Numbered from the stretch's first letter, positions 9,882-20,946 are shown. The stretch: 64,000 bases of DNA from Dehalococcoidia bacterium (GCA_965207275.1 CBDBMH010000001.1:1056297-1120296); one strand, 5' to 3'. Notes: generated from the letters alone by a model not told the origin. Program-made: numbers and translations.

Positions 9882-10895
9882 ATGATCAGGGAAGCTATTG
9901 ATATCGTAGTCTCCGGACACTCCCTTACCAGGGAGCAGGCCACCGAAGTGATGCAGGAAATAATGGAGGGCGAGGCCACTCCGGCTCAACTGGGCGCCTT
10001 CCTGACCGCCCTGCGGCTTAAGGGCGAGAGTACCGAGGAAATCGCCGGCATGGCGGCGGTGATGCGGGAGAAGGCCCTGCGGGTTGACGCCGAAGGTCCG
10101 CTGCTGGACGTGGTGGGTACCGGCGGGGACGGCAAGAACACCTTCAACATTTCCACCGCGTCCGCCTTCGTGGCCGCAGCCTGCGGGGCAAGGGTGGCCA
10201 AGCATGGCAACCGGGCCGCTTCCAGTTCCTGCGGCGCCGCCGACGTGCTGGAAGCCCTGGGCGTTAAGGTGGAACTGACTCCTCAAGGCGTAGCCCAATG
10301 CCTTGAGCAGGCCGGAATGGGTTTCATGTTCGCGCCGGCCTTTCATCCTTCAATGCGTTACGCGGCGCCCGTGCGGCGGGAGATCGGCATCCGTACCGTC
10401 TTCAACATCCTGGGGCCACTGACCAATCCCGCTCGTGCCCAGTGCATGCTGCTGGGCGTGGCATACGAGCAACTGGGAGGCCTGATGGCCGAGGCCCTGC
10501 GCCTGCTGGACATCCAGCATGCGCTGGTGGCCCACGGGGCCGACGGCATGGACGAGATCAGCCTGTCCGGCCCGTCCACTGTCTGGGAAGTTAAGGGAGG
10601 CGAGGTGAGCACGTGGACCATTGACGTGGCGGACACGGGTCTGACGCCCGCCTCCACGGAGGACTTGCGTGGAGGCTCCGCTGAGGAAAACGCCGCCACC
10701 ATGCGACGACTCTTCCGGGGCGAAGGGGGGCCAGTCCGTGACGCGGTTCTCCTGAACAGCGCCGCTGCGCTGGTGGCTGCTGACAAGGTTGGCAGCCTGG
10801 GGGAAGGGGTTAAGATTGCCGCCGAGGCCATAGACGGCGGCGCAGCGCTGGACAGGGTGGACGCGCTGGTGGAGGTTAGCCAGAAGGCGGGATAA
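9882..10895 (+). CDS. trpD: Anthranilate phosphoribosyltransferase
   Basis: Motifs GTGGDGKNTFNIST, KHGNRA and FNILGPLTNP. Confidence 0.97.
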   Translation: MIREAIDIVVSGHSLTREQATEVMQEIMEGEATPAQLGAFLTALRLKGESTEEIAGMAAVMREKALRVDAEGPLLDVVGTGGDGKNTFNISTASAFVAAACGARVAKHGNRAASSSCGAADVLEALGVKVELTPQGVAQCLEQAGMGFMFAPAFHPSMRYAAPVRREIGIRTVFNILGPLTNPARAQCMLLGVAYEQLGGLMAEALRLLDIQHALVAHGADGMDEISLSGPSTVWEVKGGEVSTWTIDVADTGLTPASTEDLRGGSAEENAATMRRLFRGEGGPVRDAVLLNSAAALVAADKVGSLGEGVKIAAEAIDGGAALDRVDALVEVSQKAG

Positions 10896-10928
10896 TCCTG
10901 GATTAATTCTGTTTGACAGTTGAGGGCA

Positions 10929-11324
10929 TTGGCTACGGACGCTGCGGGCAGGGGAAGACCGGAAAAGGCGCTTCGGTAGATTGAAGAGGGCCGGGTGGGA
11001 GATAATTCCTGACCTATATGCGACGACTCCCGATGGTTAATGGGAGAGGCCATTGGCGAGATGAACCAGACCAACCCAGGGTCTAGGTGGAGTCCCAAGT
11101 CCGGATCGGACTATCTCCTGATCGCACTTCCCTGCGAAAACTGTGGGTACAATTTGCTGTTCATTGCTATAGACCTTGGCATAATGGAAAGGGATCGAAT
11201 GTCTCTCAATCAACCCTGGGTAACGGACGCAGATAGGGCGGTCAAATACAGCCTGGACGTTGACATACCTGGCATCTGGCTTTCCGGCGAACCCTTTGAC
11301 ATGCTGAAGAGTCGGATGGAGTGA
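10929..11324 (+). pseudogene. Degraded zinc-ribbon hypothetical protein
   Basis: The frame of ORF 11040-11324 extends upstream through TAG (10977) and TGA (11010): KALR*IEE...NS*PICDDSRW...CENCGY. Confidence 0.5.
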
Positions 11325-11441
11325 TTTCCCACATGACCAGTGAGAGCAAACCCGCGCTGTCGCAAGTCCAGGAGGCCGGAGACTTGGTAGTCAGCTCCGT
11401 TCCCATTATGGTTAATGACGAGGAGGTTACCCTATTCTGAA

Positions 11442-12248
11442 ATGGCAAGCATTCTTGACGAAATAGTTGCCGCCAAGCGAGAGGAACTTGGCCAGGTAAA
11501 GGCCGCTGTCCCCCTGGCGGCGGTGCAGGAAGGGATAGGCCGGCGTCCCTCGCCCCTGAGCCTGGCCGACGCTTTGCGGGGCGGAGGAGTCAGGCTGATT
11601 GCCGAGGTGAAGAAGGCCTCTCCGTCGCGTGGTCTGCTGCGTCCCGACTTCGACCCGGTGGAACTGGCAACCACCTACGCCAGCAACGGCGCGTCGGCCA
11701 TTTCAGTGCTCACCGACCCCCGTTTTCAGGGAGAGCCGGAACACCTGTCCGCCATCAAGGAAGTCGGAGCTTCCGGCGGCGCTCCGGTGCTGCGCAAGGA
11801 CTTCATTTTTGAACCATACCAGGTGTACGAGGCGCGGGCTATGGGCGCCGACACCTACCTGTTGATAGTCGCCATCCTGTCCCCGGTCCAACTGGCTGAA
11901 CTGCTGGCCCTGGGCCGGGAACTGGGCATGGACGCCCTGGTGGAAGTCCACGACGGGGACGAGTTGCAGGTGGCCCTGGACGCCGGGGCCGAAATAATCG
12001 GCATAAACAACCGGGACCTGCGCACCTTCCACACTGACCTGGCGGTCACCGAAGGGCTGGCGCCACTGGTGCCGGGTGACAGGGTAACCGTCAGCGAAAG
12101 CGGCATCTTCACCCCGGAACACTTGCAGCGCCTGGGCCGGCTGGGCGTCGACGCGGCACTGGTGGGCGAGGCCCTGGTAACCGCGCCGGACACCGCAGCC
12201 AAGGTGCGGGAACTGACTACCTCCATCGCCGCAAAGGGTCGCTCATGA
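11442..12248 (+). CDS. trpC: Indole-3-glycerol phosphate synthase
   Basis: Motifs IAEVKKASPS, LRKDFI, GINNRDL and SESGI. Confidence 0.97.
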   Translation: MASILDEIVAAKREELGQVKAAVPLAAVQEGIGRRPSPLSLADALRGGGVRLIAEVKKASPSRGLLRPDFDPVELATTYASNGASAISVLTDPRFQGEPEHLSAIKEVGASGGAPVLRKDFIFEPYQVYEARAMGADTYLLIVAILSPVQLAELLALGRELGMDALVEVHDGDELQVALDAGAEIIGINNRDLRTFHTDLAVTEGLAPLVPGDRVTVSESGIFTPEHLQRLGRLGVDAALVGEALVTAPDTAAKVRELTTSIAAKGRS

Positions 12249-12919
12249 TCCGCACCAAGATCTGCGGCATCCGGCACACCGAGGACGCCATTATTGCCGC
12301 CGACGCAGGCGCGGACTTTATTGGCCTGGTTTTTGTGCCGGAACGGCGGCGGCGGCTGGAAACAGGGGTTGCGGCGGAAATAATTAAAGGGCTGCGCACC
12401 CAGATCCCCAACTCACCCCAGGCGGTGGGCCTGTTCGCCGATCAGCCGCTGGACGATGTGGTTGGAACCATCAACGGTTGTGGCCTGGACCTGGCCCAGC
12501 TTTGTGGCGGGGAATCGTCGGACTACTGCCGAGAGGTTAGGGAGCGAACAGGCGCGGAAATAATCAAGGTGATGCACGTCGCCGTCTCTGAATCGGTGAC
12601 CGGCGACGAACACGGCGGGGGCATAGAGGAGCGAATGGCCCGCTACCTGGAAACCGGGTGTTACATTACCCTGGACAGGCTGGTTGAGGGCCTGCAGGGC
12701 GGGACCGGCCAGAGCTTCGACTGGGAGGTGGCGGCCCTGCTTTCCCGGCTGGGCTACAAGTTCCTGCTGGCCGGGGGCCTGACACCGGAGAACGTTGACA
12801 GGGCCGTCAAGCAGGTAAAGCCCTGGGGCGTCGATGTCTCCAGCGGAGTCGAAACCGGGGGCCGGCAAGACAAGGAGAAGATCCGGGAGTTTATCCACAA
12901 CGCCCGTTCCGCCGTCTAG
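12245..12919 (+). CDS. trpF: Phosphoribosylanthranilate isomerase
   Basis: Motifs KICGI, GGTGQSFDW, LAGGLTPENV and DVSSGVE. Confidence 0.95.
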   Translation: MIRTKICGIRHTEDAIIAADAGADFIGLVFVPERRRRLETGVAAEIIKGLRTQIPNSPQAVGLFADQPLDDVVGTINGCGLDLAQLCGGESSDYCREVRERTGAEIIKVMHVAVSESVTGDEHGGGIEERMARYLETGCYITLDRLVEGLQGGTGQSFDWEVAALLSRLGYKFLLAGGLTPENVDRAVKQVKPWGVDVSSGVETGGRQDKEKIREFIHNARSAV

Positions 12920-12923
12920 ACTC

Positions 12924-13037
12924 AAACATGGATGGACAGGACACACAGGATTCGCTTTCCCCATTTTGGGATTCATTTGCTCCCCGGCATCATCAGGGAA
13001 GCTAGCAGTATCCAGTCCATTCTGTGCATCCATGTTT
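12924..13037. repeat. Family C inverted-repeat element between trpF and trpB
   Basis: AAACATGGATGGACAG ... CTGTGCATCCATGTTT. Confidence 0.75.
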
Positions 13038-13059
13038 AATTTTGTAGAGGTAAGAACCA

Positions 13060-14268
<1,209 letters not shown>

Positions 14269-14568
14269 GGGAATATAGACGGTAAGCCTTCCGGAGTTAG
14301 GTCTGTAATTTGGGCCCCTGGTACGGCGTTCAGCGGCGGGCATCCAGCACGGAGGCGAGCAGGTCCGTCAATTCTCCACAAGCGTTTCCCCCGTGAATCG
14401 TTTGCCTCCTCCTTGACGTTTTCGCGGCATGTATCCTCATCTTGTAGATCAATTGCTCCTTTTTTTCCTAGATACATTCGCTCCCCACTTTACTTCCTCT
14501 CAACACTCGTCTCGCCCGGTTGGTGTATCATTAGCCCATACTAATTGGGAAGGACAGGTTCAGTTTAT

Positions 14569-16146
14569 ATGCCAAGAGTCTTAGTTTCTGATCCCATAGC
14601 CCCGGAAGGGATTGAACTGTTGAATGCCCGTACCGAAGTGAAGGTGAAGACGGGCCTTAAGCCTGAAGAGCTGGTAGAAGCTGTCGAGAACTACGACGCC
14701 CTGGTCGTCCGTAGTGAGACCAAGGTTACGCCCACCGTGATAGAGGCCGGACAGAACCTGAAAGTTATCGCCCGGGCCGGAATCGGCGTGGACAATATCG
14801 ACCTGGCCGCCGCCACCAATGCGGGTATTGCGGTGGTCAACGCCCCCATCGGCAACACGGTGGCCGCCGCCGAGCATTCCCTGGCGTTGATGCTGGCCCT
14901 GGCCCGCAACATCCCCCAGGCCTACCAGTCGCTGAAAGGCGGCGAGTGGCGGCGCAGCGCCTTCATGGGTATCGAGGTCCGCAACAAGTACCTGGGCGTC
15001 GTCGGTCTGGGTCGGGTGGGTTCAGAGGTGGCCCGCCGCGCGGCCAGTTTCGGGATGCACCTGCTGGCCTACGACCCCTTCGTCGGCGCGGAGTATGCCC
15101 GACGCCTGGGCGCCGAACTGCTGCCCCTGGACGAACTGCTGGCAAAGTCGGACTTTGTGACGCTGCACACCCCGCTTACTCCGTCCACCGCCAACCTGAT
15201 CGGGGCCCGGGAACTGGCCCTGATGAAGCCCGATGCCCGACTGATCAACGTGGCCAGGGGAGAACTGATTGACGAGGAGGCGCTTCTGGAAGCCCTGGAA
15301 GCGGAACAGTTAGCCGGCGTGGCCCTGGACGTTTTTGTCCAGGAACCGCCCCAGAATCGGGACCTGGTGGTCCACCCAAGGGTAATGGCCACGCCCCACC
15401 TGGGCGCGTCCACCCAGGAGGCCCAGCGGGAGGTGGCAATAGAGGCGGCGGAGCAGGTGCTGGCAGTGCTGGAGGGGCGACCCGCCCGCAACACGGTCAA
15501 CGCGCCCTTTATGGAGCCGGAGGCCCACGAACTGCTCTCGCCCTTCATCCCCGTTGCCACCCTGGTGGGCAAACTGCTGACCCACCTGGCCCAGAACCAG
15601 TTCGTTGGCGTCAACATCTCCTACGAAGGGGAGATCGCCCAGCACGATACCGTTATGCTCAAGTCGGCGGTGCTGGCCGGCGTACTCACACCGGTAACTT
15701 CCGAGCAGGTAAACCTGATCAACGCTCCGGTATTGGCGCAGCAGCGGGGATTAAGTGTAATCGAGCACAAGAACTCGGAGGCCCACGAGTATGCCAGCCT
15801 GATAACCGTCACCCTGACCACCAGCAGTGGCGACTTCACCCTGGCGGGAACGTCGCTGCGCAACGAACCCCACATAGTCAAGGTCAACGACTACTGGCTG
15901 GACCTGCCGCCGTCGTCTCCCTACATGCTGTTCGTGGACAACCGGGACCAGCCCGGTTCCGTGGGCGCCGTGGGGACCATCGCCGGCCGACACAACATCA
16001 ACATCAGCTTCATGGAAGTGGGACGCCTGAGCCTGCGGGGCCAGGCGATGATGGTGCTGGGCCTGGACGATCCCATGCCTGCCCACGTGCTGGAGGAAAT
16101 CAAGGCCCTGCCGCATATTTCGGATGCGCATTTGGTACAGCTGTAA
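14569..16146 (+). CDS. serA: D-3-phosphoglycerate dehydrogenase (long form with ASB and ACT domains)
   Basis: Motifs RAGIGVDNID, GLGRVG and TPHLGAST, plus a C-terminal ACT domain. Confidence 0.95.
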   Translation: MPRVLVSDPIAPEGIELLNARTEVKVKTGLKPEELVEAVENYDALVVRSETKVTPTVIEAGQNLKVIARAGIGVDNIDLAAATNAGIAVVNAPIGNTVAAAEHSLALMLALARNIPQAYQSLKGGEWRRSAFMGIEVRNKYLGVVGLGRVGSEVARRAASFGMHLLAYDPFVGAEYARRLGAELLPLDELLAKSDFVTLHTPLTPSTANLIGARELALMKPDARLINVARGELIDEEALLEALEAEQLAGVALDVFVQEPPQNRDLVVHPRVMATPHLGASTQEAQREVAIEAAEQVLAVLEGRPARNTVNAPFMEPEAHELLSPFIPVATLVGKLLTHLAQNQFVGVNISYEGEIAQHDTVMLKSAVLAGVLTPVTSEQVNLINAPVLAQQRGLSVIEHKNSEAHEYASLITVTLTTSSGDFTLAGTSLRNEPHIVKVNDYWLDLPPSSPYMLFVDNRDQPGSVGAVGTIAGRHNINISFMEVGRLSLRGQAMMVLGLDDPMPAHVLEEIKALPHISDAHLVQL

Positions 16147-16176
16147 GGTTCGTACACGTTGCAGCATACGTTCTCA

Positions 16177-16380
16177 TCAGCAGGACCGCTGAGGGACCCA
16201 CAGGATGACAGCCAAGCAGTAAGTGTGACGCACCTTGCGCGCCCTTGGATAGCGGGAACGGATGCGCAGATCCAGCGACTTCCGCGGGATGCAGTCATTC
16301 AGCTGCTCAAGAAACAACTTCCGTCTGGTCTTCAGCATCTCGGCCTGGTATGCCGGGCCGGCAAACGCCGGCCGATCCAT
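16177..16380 (-). pseudogene. Remnant of an IS5-family transposase N-terminus
   Basis: KTRRKLFLEQLNDCIPRKSLDLRIRSRYP resembles the IS5 N-terminal pattern KxTRRExFLxEMxxVVPWxxLxxxIxPxYP. Confidence 0.55.
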
Positions 16381-16450
16381 CTCTCGATTGCTGCTAGATC
16401 AAACCTTACGGAAGCCTATGAAACCGATTCGGTGGATGCCGGGGGAAAGA

Positions 16451-17389
16451 ATGACGAGGCATCGAACAATCGAAGGTACTGCGGCAGGACTGCCGCCCTT
16501 TGATTTCGCCAAGACTCTGGACTTCTTGAGAGGGTTTCCACCAACCCTGGGTAAGCTATCGGTTGTTGGTGACAGCTTGTACTTAGCCGCAAGGGTAACC
16601 GGGCGTACCGTCCTGTTTCACGTAAGGTGCAAGTTCGGCGCTGGCGATGGGGTTCTGGACTACACTCTCCATACTACTGAACCAGAAGAAACGGAGGGAC
16701 TGGAGCAAGATGCAGTGTGGTTGCTCCGCTGGCTACTCAGCCTGGACGACGACTTGGGGGAGTTCTACGGTGTTGCCAAGAACGACACTTGCTTCGTTCC
16801 CGTAATTCGGGAACTGCATGGCTATCACCAGGTGAAGTTTGGGAGCCCCTTTGAGGCCGCCACCTGGGCCATAGTCAGCCAGCGGAACCGCCTTTCCACA
16901 GCGAGAACGCTGTATCAGAGCTTCTTGGAGGCTGTAGGCCATCGCATTCATCTGGACGGCCACGACTATTGGGCCTTTCCTGACCCGCAGGAAGTTGCTC
17001 CATTGGAGGAAGCCGCCCTGCCGCTTGCATTGCATGACTTTCGTAGAGCCGAGTACATCCTCGATGTTGCCAGAGCGCTTGCATCGGTAAAGCCGGACTT
17101 TCTCCAGTGCGCGCCCGACGGCGAGGTGGAAGGGTGGCTGCTGGGAATACGAGGGATCGGCCCATGGTCAGCCCGGTTTATTCTGTTGCGATCCATGGGA
17201 CGTTACCAGGGGCTGCCGGAGAATGAGCGGGAACTCACGCGTTCGGCGTCGCTGGTCTATGGAACTGGCCTGACCCTGACGCCGCAAGACGTGGAAACCA
17301 TCTCCAACAAGTACGGTCGGTGGCGGGGGTACTGGGCCCATTACCTGCGGGTGTGGGCGCAAAACAGGCTGACGCCACGAAGTTTGTGA
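16451..17389 (+). CDS. DNA-3-methyladenine glycosylase II (AlkA-like HhH glycosylase)
   Basis: Motifs PFEAATWAIVSQ, the HhH LLGIRGIGPWSA, and WRGY. Confidence 0.85.
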   Translation: MTRHRTIEGTAAGLPPFDFAKTLDFLRGFPPTLGKLSVVGDSLYLAARVTGRTVLFHVRCKFGAGDGVLDYTLHTTEPEETEGLEQDAVWLLRWLLSLDDDLGEFYGVAKNDTCFVPVIRELHGYHQVKFGSPFEAATWAIVSQRNRLSTARTLYQSFLEAVGHRIHLDGHDYWAFPDPQEVAPLEEAALPLALHDFRRAEYILDVARALASVKPDFLQCAPDGEVEGWLLGIRGIGPWSARFILLRSMGRYQGLPENERELTRSASLVYGTGLTLTPQDVETISNKYGRWRGYWAHYLRVWAQNRLTPRSL

Positions 17390-17684
17390 ATAGCCAACAC
17401 ATGGGGGTTATACTCAGAGGTCCGCCGAAGCGGACCGGGAGGTCGGAACATGCTGAAAACCGTTAACTGAATCAGCGGTATTGCAGCGCCATACGAAAGC
17501 TACCGAAAAACCTGTCACCGTTCTTAAATGGGCTACAAGAGTTCGGGTTGGCGACGTCGGCCGCCTGTGCCTCCGGGCAGCGGCCCACGCAGTTTCCCTT
17601 TCGTGTCTATTCGTGGATCAATTATGCTCTATGGTATGCTACGGACACCGGGCCGAAACCGGCCAAAGGTAATGAATTAAGGAG

Positions 17685-18743
17685 ATGAGCATAATGCCAG
17701 AAAAAATCGCAATCATGGGCGCTGGCGCTTTGGGCAGCTACGTGGGCGCCTTTCTGACCCAGGCCGGCGAAGACGTGACTTTCATTGATATGTGGCCCGA
17801 GCACGTGGAAAAGATGCGCGCCGAGGGCCTGCGGGCCAGCGGCAGCCAGGGCGACTTCACCGTGCCGGTCAAGGCCATGCACCTGACCGACGCCCAGGGC
17901 ATCACGGAACCTTTTGATTTTGCCTTCGTTGCGATGAAGTCTTACGACACCGAGTGGGCCACCCACTTCATCAAGCGTTACGTCAAGGACGACGGCTACT
18001 TCGTGTCGCTGCAGAACTGCTGGAACGATCCGCTGATCGGCGAAATCGTGGGGCCACAGCGGGAGATGGGCTGCATCGCTTCGCACATCGAGGTGGCCCT
18101 GTGGGAGCCGGGGCACGTCATCCGGGGCGGCGCGCCAGGGCGGGACCACGGGCATGTGGTGTTTCGCGTGGGTGAGCAGTCGGGCCGGATTACTTCCCGC
18201 AGCGAGAGCGTGGCCCAGAAGCTGGACAACATCGACGCCGCCTACGCCACCGATAATCTTTGGGGGGAGCGATGGGCCAAGCTGTGCCAGAACGGCATGG
18301 GCAATGCCATCTCGGCCATGACGACCCTTGGCTCCCAGGAAATGGCCCAGGACGCCCGCTTCCGCATGTTCCGCATCCAACTGGCCAAGGAGGGCGCCCA
18401 GGTGGGCCTGGCCCAGGGGCTGAACGTGGTGGCCATCAATGGCATTCCTGCCGAGACGTGGGCCGACGCCGACAAGGGCGAAGTGTTCGAGGAACTCAAC
18501 GACATAATGAGTCGGGCCGGAGGGCGGGTAAACTGGCTGGCTTCCATGGCCCAGGACGTTCACAAGGGTCGGCACTCTGAAGTGGACTTCATGAACGGCC
18601 TCATCTGCAGCAAGGGCCGCGAAACGGGCGTTCCCACACCCTTCCACGATGCCATAGTGGACACCATGCATGGCATTGACGACGGCTCCCTGAAGCCGGA
18701 CCCGTCCAACGTGGACATTATCATGAAGGCGGTGGGGTTGTAG
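17685..18743 (+). CDS. Ketopantoate reductase (PanE/ApbA) family oxidoreductase
   Basis: Motifs GAGALG, KSYDT and SMAQDVHKGRHSEVDFMNG. Confidence 0.88.
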   Translation: MSIMPEKIAIMGAGALGSYVGAFLTQAGEDVTFIDMWPEHVEKMRAEGLRASGSQGDFTVPVKAMHLTDAQGITEPFDFAFVAMKSYDTEWATHFIKRYVKDDGYFVSLQNCWNDPLIGEIVGPQREMGCIASHIEVALWEPGHVIRGGAPGRDHGHVVFRVGEQSGRITSRSESVAQKLDNIDAAYATDNLWGERWAKLCQNGMGNAISAMTTLGSQEMAQDARFRMFRIQLAKEGAQVGLAQGLNVVAINGIPAETWADADKGEVFEELNDIMSRAGGRVNWLASMAQDVHKGRHSEVDFMNGLICSKGRETGVPTPFHDAIVDTMHGIDDGSLKPDPSNVDIIMKAVGL

Positions 18744-18771
18744 GTCTTGAACGTACCGAATAGGCAGGCGG

Positions 18772-19395
18772 TTACCAGGAAGGTGGCTTGGTGATGGTAC
18801 CCTGAACGTCGGATAGTTGGCTTGGGAATTGACTCGCGCTCAGCGGGCCTCGGCGAATCGGGCGGTAGAAGTCGGATACTTGGGACAGCGCCCAACTCTT
18901 GGTCCTTTGCGGGTTGAAAACACCGACGGTCATGTCCAGTTGAGTTCGTAGAAACTCGATAGGGGTCTTGAAGTCGGAGTCATTGGAAAGCAGTACCGCC
19001 ATTTCACACTCCCCGCCCAGGGAGTCTGCCATCAAGTAGGTGGTCAGGTTGACATCCGTACCCTTTTCCTCCGTCTTCAGTACCAGGGCAGTCTGCGGGC
19101 CGGCGGGAGAAGGCTGCGCCAGGGGTATCCTGACGGCGTTGGTCAGAAAGTGGCCGTAATGTATGGTCAGGTTTGGTATGGTTTGCAGCGCACGAAGATA
19201 AAACAGTTGGCGTTGAGGCTGGAGCGGATTTGCTGGCTTGGGGCTGAGCAAAGCGGTAAAGTATCGGATACGGTTAATTTCGTGGGAGGGTAGGAGCAGA
19301 CTGCACAGTTTTGCCAAGTCCAGCCAACGGTAGGGAGAATCCTTCAAACAACCGTAATAGAGGTTGAAGCCGTCAACGTAAACGTTGGTTTTCAC
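18772..19395 (-). CDS. NYN domain (PIN-like, LabA/DUF88) ribonuclease
   Basis: Acidic motifs VYVDGFNLYYG, EEKGTDVNL and SNDSDF. Likely GTG start at 19395. Confidence 0.9.
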   Translation of the reverse strand: MKTNVYVDGFNLYYGCLKDSPYRWLDLAKLCSLLLPSHEINRIRYFTALLSPKPANPLQPQRQLFYLRALQTIPNLTIHYGHFLTNAVRIPLAQPSPAGPQTALVLKTEEKGTDVNLTTYLMADSLGGECEMAVLLSNDSDFKTPIEFLRTQLDMTVGVFNPQRTKSWALSQVSDFYRPIRRGPLSASQFPSQLSDVQGTITKPPSW

Positions 19396-19416
19396 AAACC
19401 GGTCCCACAAATAGCT

Positions 19417-19468
19417 GAAGCCGCCCTAAGGCGGCCTCGCGCTCTGCCGTCGAGTCGACAGAGGTTGT
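19417..19468 (-). ncRNA. Candidate structured leader RNA (two GC-rich hairpins) upstream of NYN
   Basis: Hairpins CTCTGTCG-N6-CGGCAGAG (19442-19463) and GAGGCCGCC-TTAG-GGCGGCTTC (19417-19438) lie between the promoter and the start codon. Confidence 0.5.
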
Positions 19469-19474
19469 AGGCTT

Positions 19475-19503
19475 AGTGTACCGATAATTCAGCTATACGT
19501 CAA
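19475..19503 (-). promoter_or_regulatory. Putative sigma70 promoter for the leader RNA and NYN
   Basis: TTGACG-N17-TACACT on the minus strand. Confidence 0.7.
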
Positions 19504-19553
19504 GGTAATTGTAACCACTCTGAGCACGGCTACCCGCCTGGTGAGGAGGCTTT

Positions 19554-20024
19554 ATGTTCATCAAGGTTGAACCGGCCGGATTCTTCATGTACACGGTGCA
19601 GTTGATCTTTGATCCGGAGAGCCCGGATTCTGAAGACCAGGAAGTGCGGGACTACCTGACCGACCACGAGCTGGAGCCACGCTACCAGTACCAGATTGAA
19701 CAGGAGGGCCGCCCCTGCGACGTCCTGCAGTTTGGGGGCTGCTACCTGGGCCGCCACCTGCAGTCGGTGGGCCAGATACAGCGCCACGCGGTGGAGGTAG
19801 AACTGCTGACCGCCGAGGTGGAAGGCCACCTGGCGGGCCTGGCATTGCCACAACTGTCGGGAGCAGGCTTCGACAATGGAGCCAAGATGCGGGAGACGGT
19901 AACCGCGCTGGTTTCCGAACTGCACCAGGAGTCGGCCTTCCAGCCCGACGAGAACGGGGAACTGGCGGTTGCCCTGGACCGGGCGGAGGTTAAGGCGGCG
20001 GCGCTAAGGGTGTTGGGAAGGTAG
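19554..20024 (+). CDS. Hypothetical protein
   Basis: Strong RBS GAGGAGG and host-like codon usage. No family recognised. Confidence 0.75.
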   Translation: MFIKVEPAGFFMYTVQLIFDPESPDSEDQEVRDYLTDHELEPRYQYQIEQEGRPCDVLQFGGCYLGRHLQSVGQIQRHAVEVELLTAEVEGHLAGLALPQLSGAGFDNGAKMRETVTALVSELHQESAFQPDENGELAVALDRAEVKAAALRVLGR

Positions 20025-20096
20025 ATATCTGAATCGATATGCTGATGGTAGAGAACCCATGTTCATGATATTGCCACACCACGGAGGCTAGGTTAA

Positions 20097-20573
20097 ATGC
20101 TCGAAAACGCTGGCAACTTTGCCAGCATAGCCGGTGCTCTGGTATCGGGTATTGCACTAGCCGTTGCCATATACCACATTATAAAATTAAGGGGCGAAGC
20201 TCACGCGGCCAGATTGGCCGCGGAAGAAGCCCAACGATTGATTAGGCGAGAGACTACGGGCACAGATATAACCCGACTAAATGAGAGAATTCAAGGTCTA
20301 ATTTATTTGCTTCGAAACGAAGATAGAGAACGGGCCCTCGAAAGATTTCCCGACATCAGGAATTTATTCATAGATATACGAAGGCATCACCCCGCCTTAA
20401 CCGCAGACCATCGCAGCCAAATTCAGGACACGATTACGACCTTAATGGATATGCAGAATGAACTGGACGCATCGTTCGGTGGGATCCAGATTGAAGTTAG
20501 AACCAAAATCATTACCGACCTAACTGATTTTCAAACGAATTTACTCGTAGAGCTGGAAGACCGTCTTGAGTAG
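20097..20573 (+). CDS. Hypothetical protein with N-terminal transmembrane helix and helical body
   Basis: GGAGG RBS, hydrophobic residues about 8-29, AT-richer than flanks. Confidence 0.7.
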   Translation: MLENAGNFASIAGALVSGIALAVAIYHIIKLRGEAHAARLAAEEAQRLIRRETTGTDITRLNERIQGLIYLLRNEDRERALERFPDIRNLFIDIRRHHPALTADHRSQIQDTITTLMDMQNELDASFGGIQIEVRTKIITDLTDFQTNLLVELEDRLE

Positions 20574-20931
20574 TTCGGTCTCGGAGGAAGGAATGCCTGA
20601 AGAGGGATTGAACGAAGTAGCGAACGAATTATTGCGGCTTTCTCGAGATAGGAAGCTTTCCTGGAAGCAGACTAGAAGAGAGAATGAATACCGTGTTAGT
20701 TTCCCGGATATGTCGTTTTCGATATCGAATGAAAGAGCCCGAGGGTATTTCCAACTAAATATGATAGACGAATCTGGCAATGTTATTGAAAGTCTTCGAA
20801 GGCAGGCACCCATTCCATCTTCGGATGAAGTAGAGGAAGTTCCAGACCTTGTCGAGATTTATAGCCTTGCCTCTTCCTACATTAAAGAAATCAACATCCA
20901 AAGGGCTCTGGATTACCTAAAGACCAGATGA
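20566..20931 (+). CDS. Hypothetical protein
   Basis: Overlaps the previous gene and is AT-richer. Alternative ATG at 20593. Confidence 0.65.
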   Translation: MSSSVSEEGMPEEGLNEVANELLRLSRDRKLSWKQTRRENEYRVSFPDMSFSISNERARGYFQLNMIDESGNVIESLRRQAPIPSSDEVEEVPDLVEIYSLASSYIKEINIQRALDYLKTR

Positions 20932-20946
20932 TTTGGTTCCGACCCC

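Noticed and set aside
11010-11012. Second selenocysteine codon (UPIC)
   Set aside because: An in-frame TAG lies 11 codons upstream and there is no clear SECIS hairpin, so a pseudogene is more parsimonious.
17415-17480. Hairpin plus RBS and MLKTVN mini-ORF as a leader peptide
   Set aside because: No regulatory codon run or attenuator geometry. More likely a decayed gene start.
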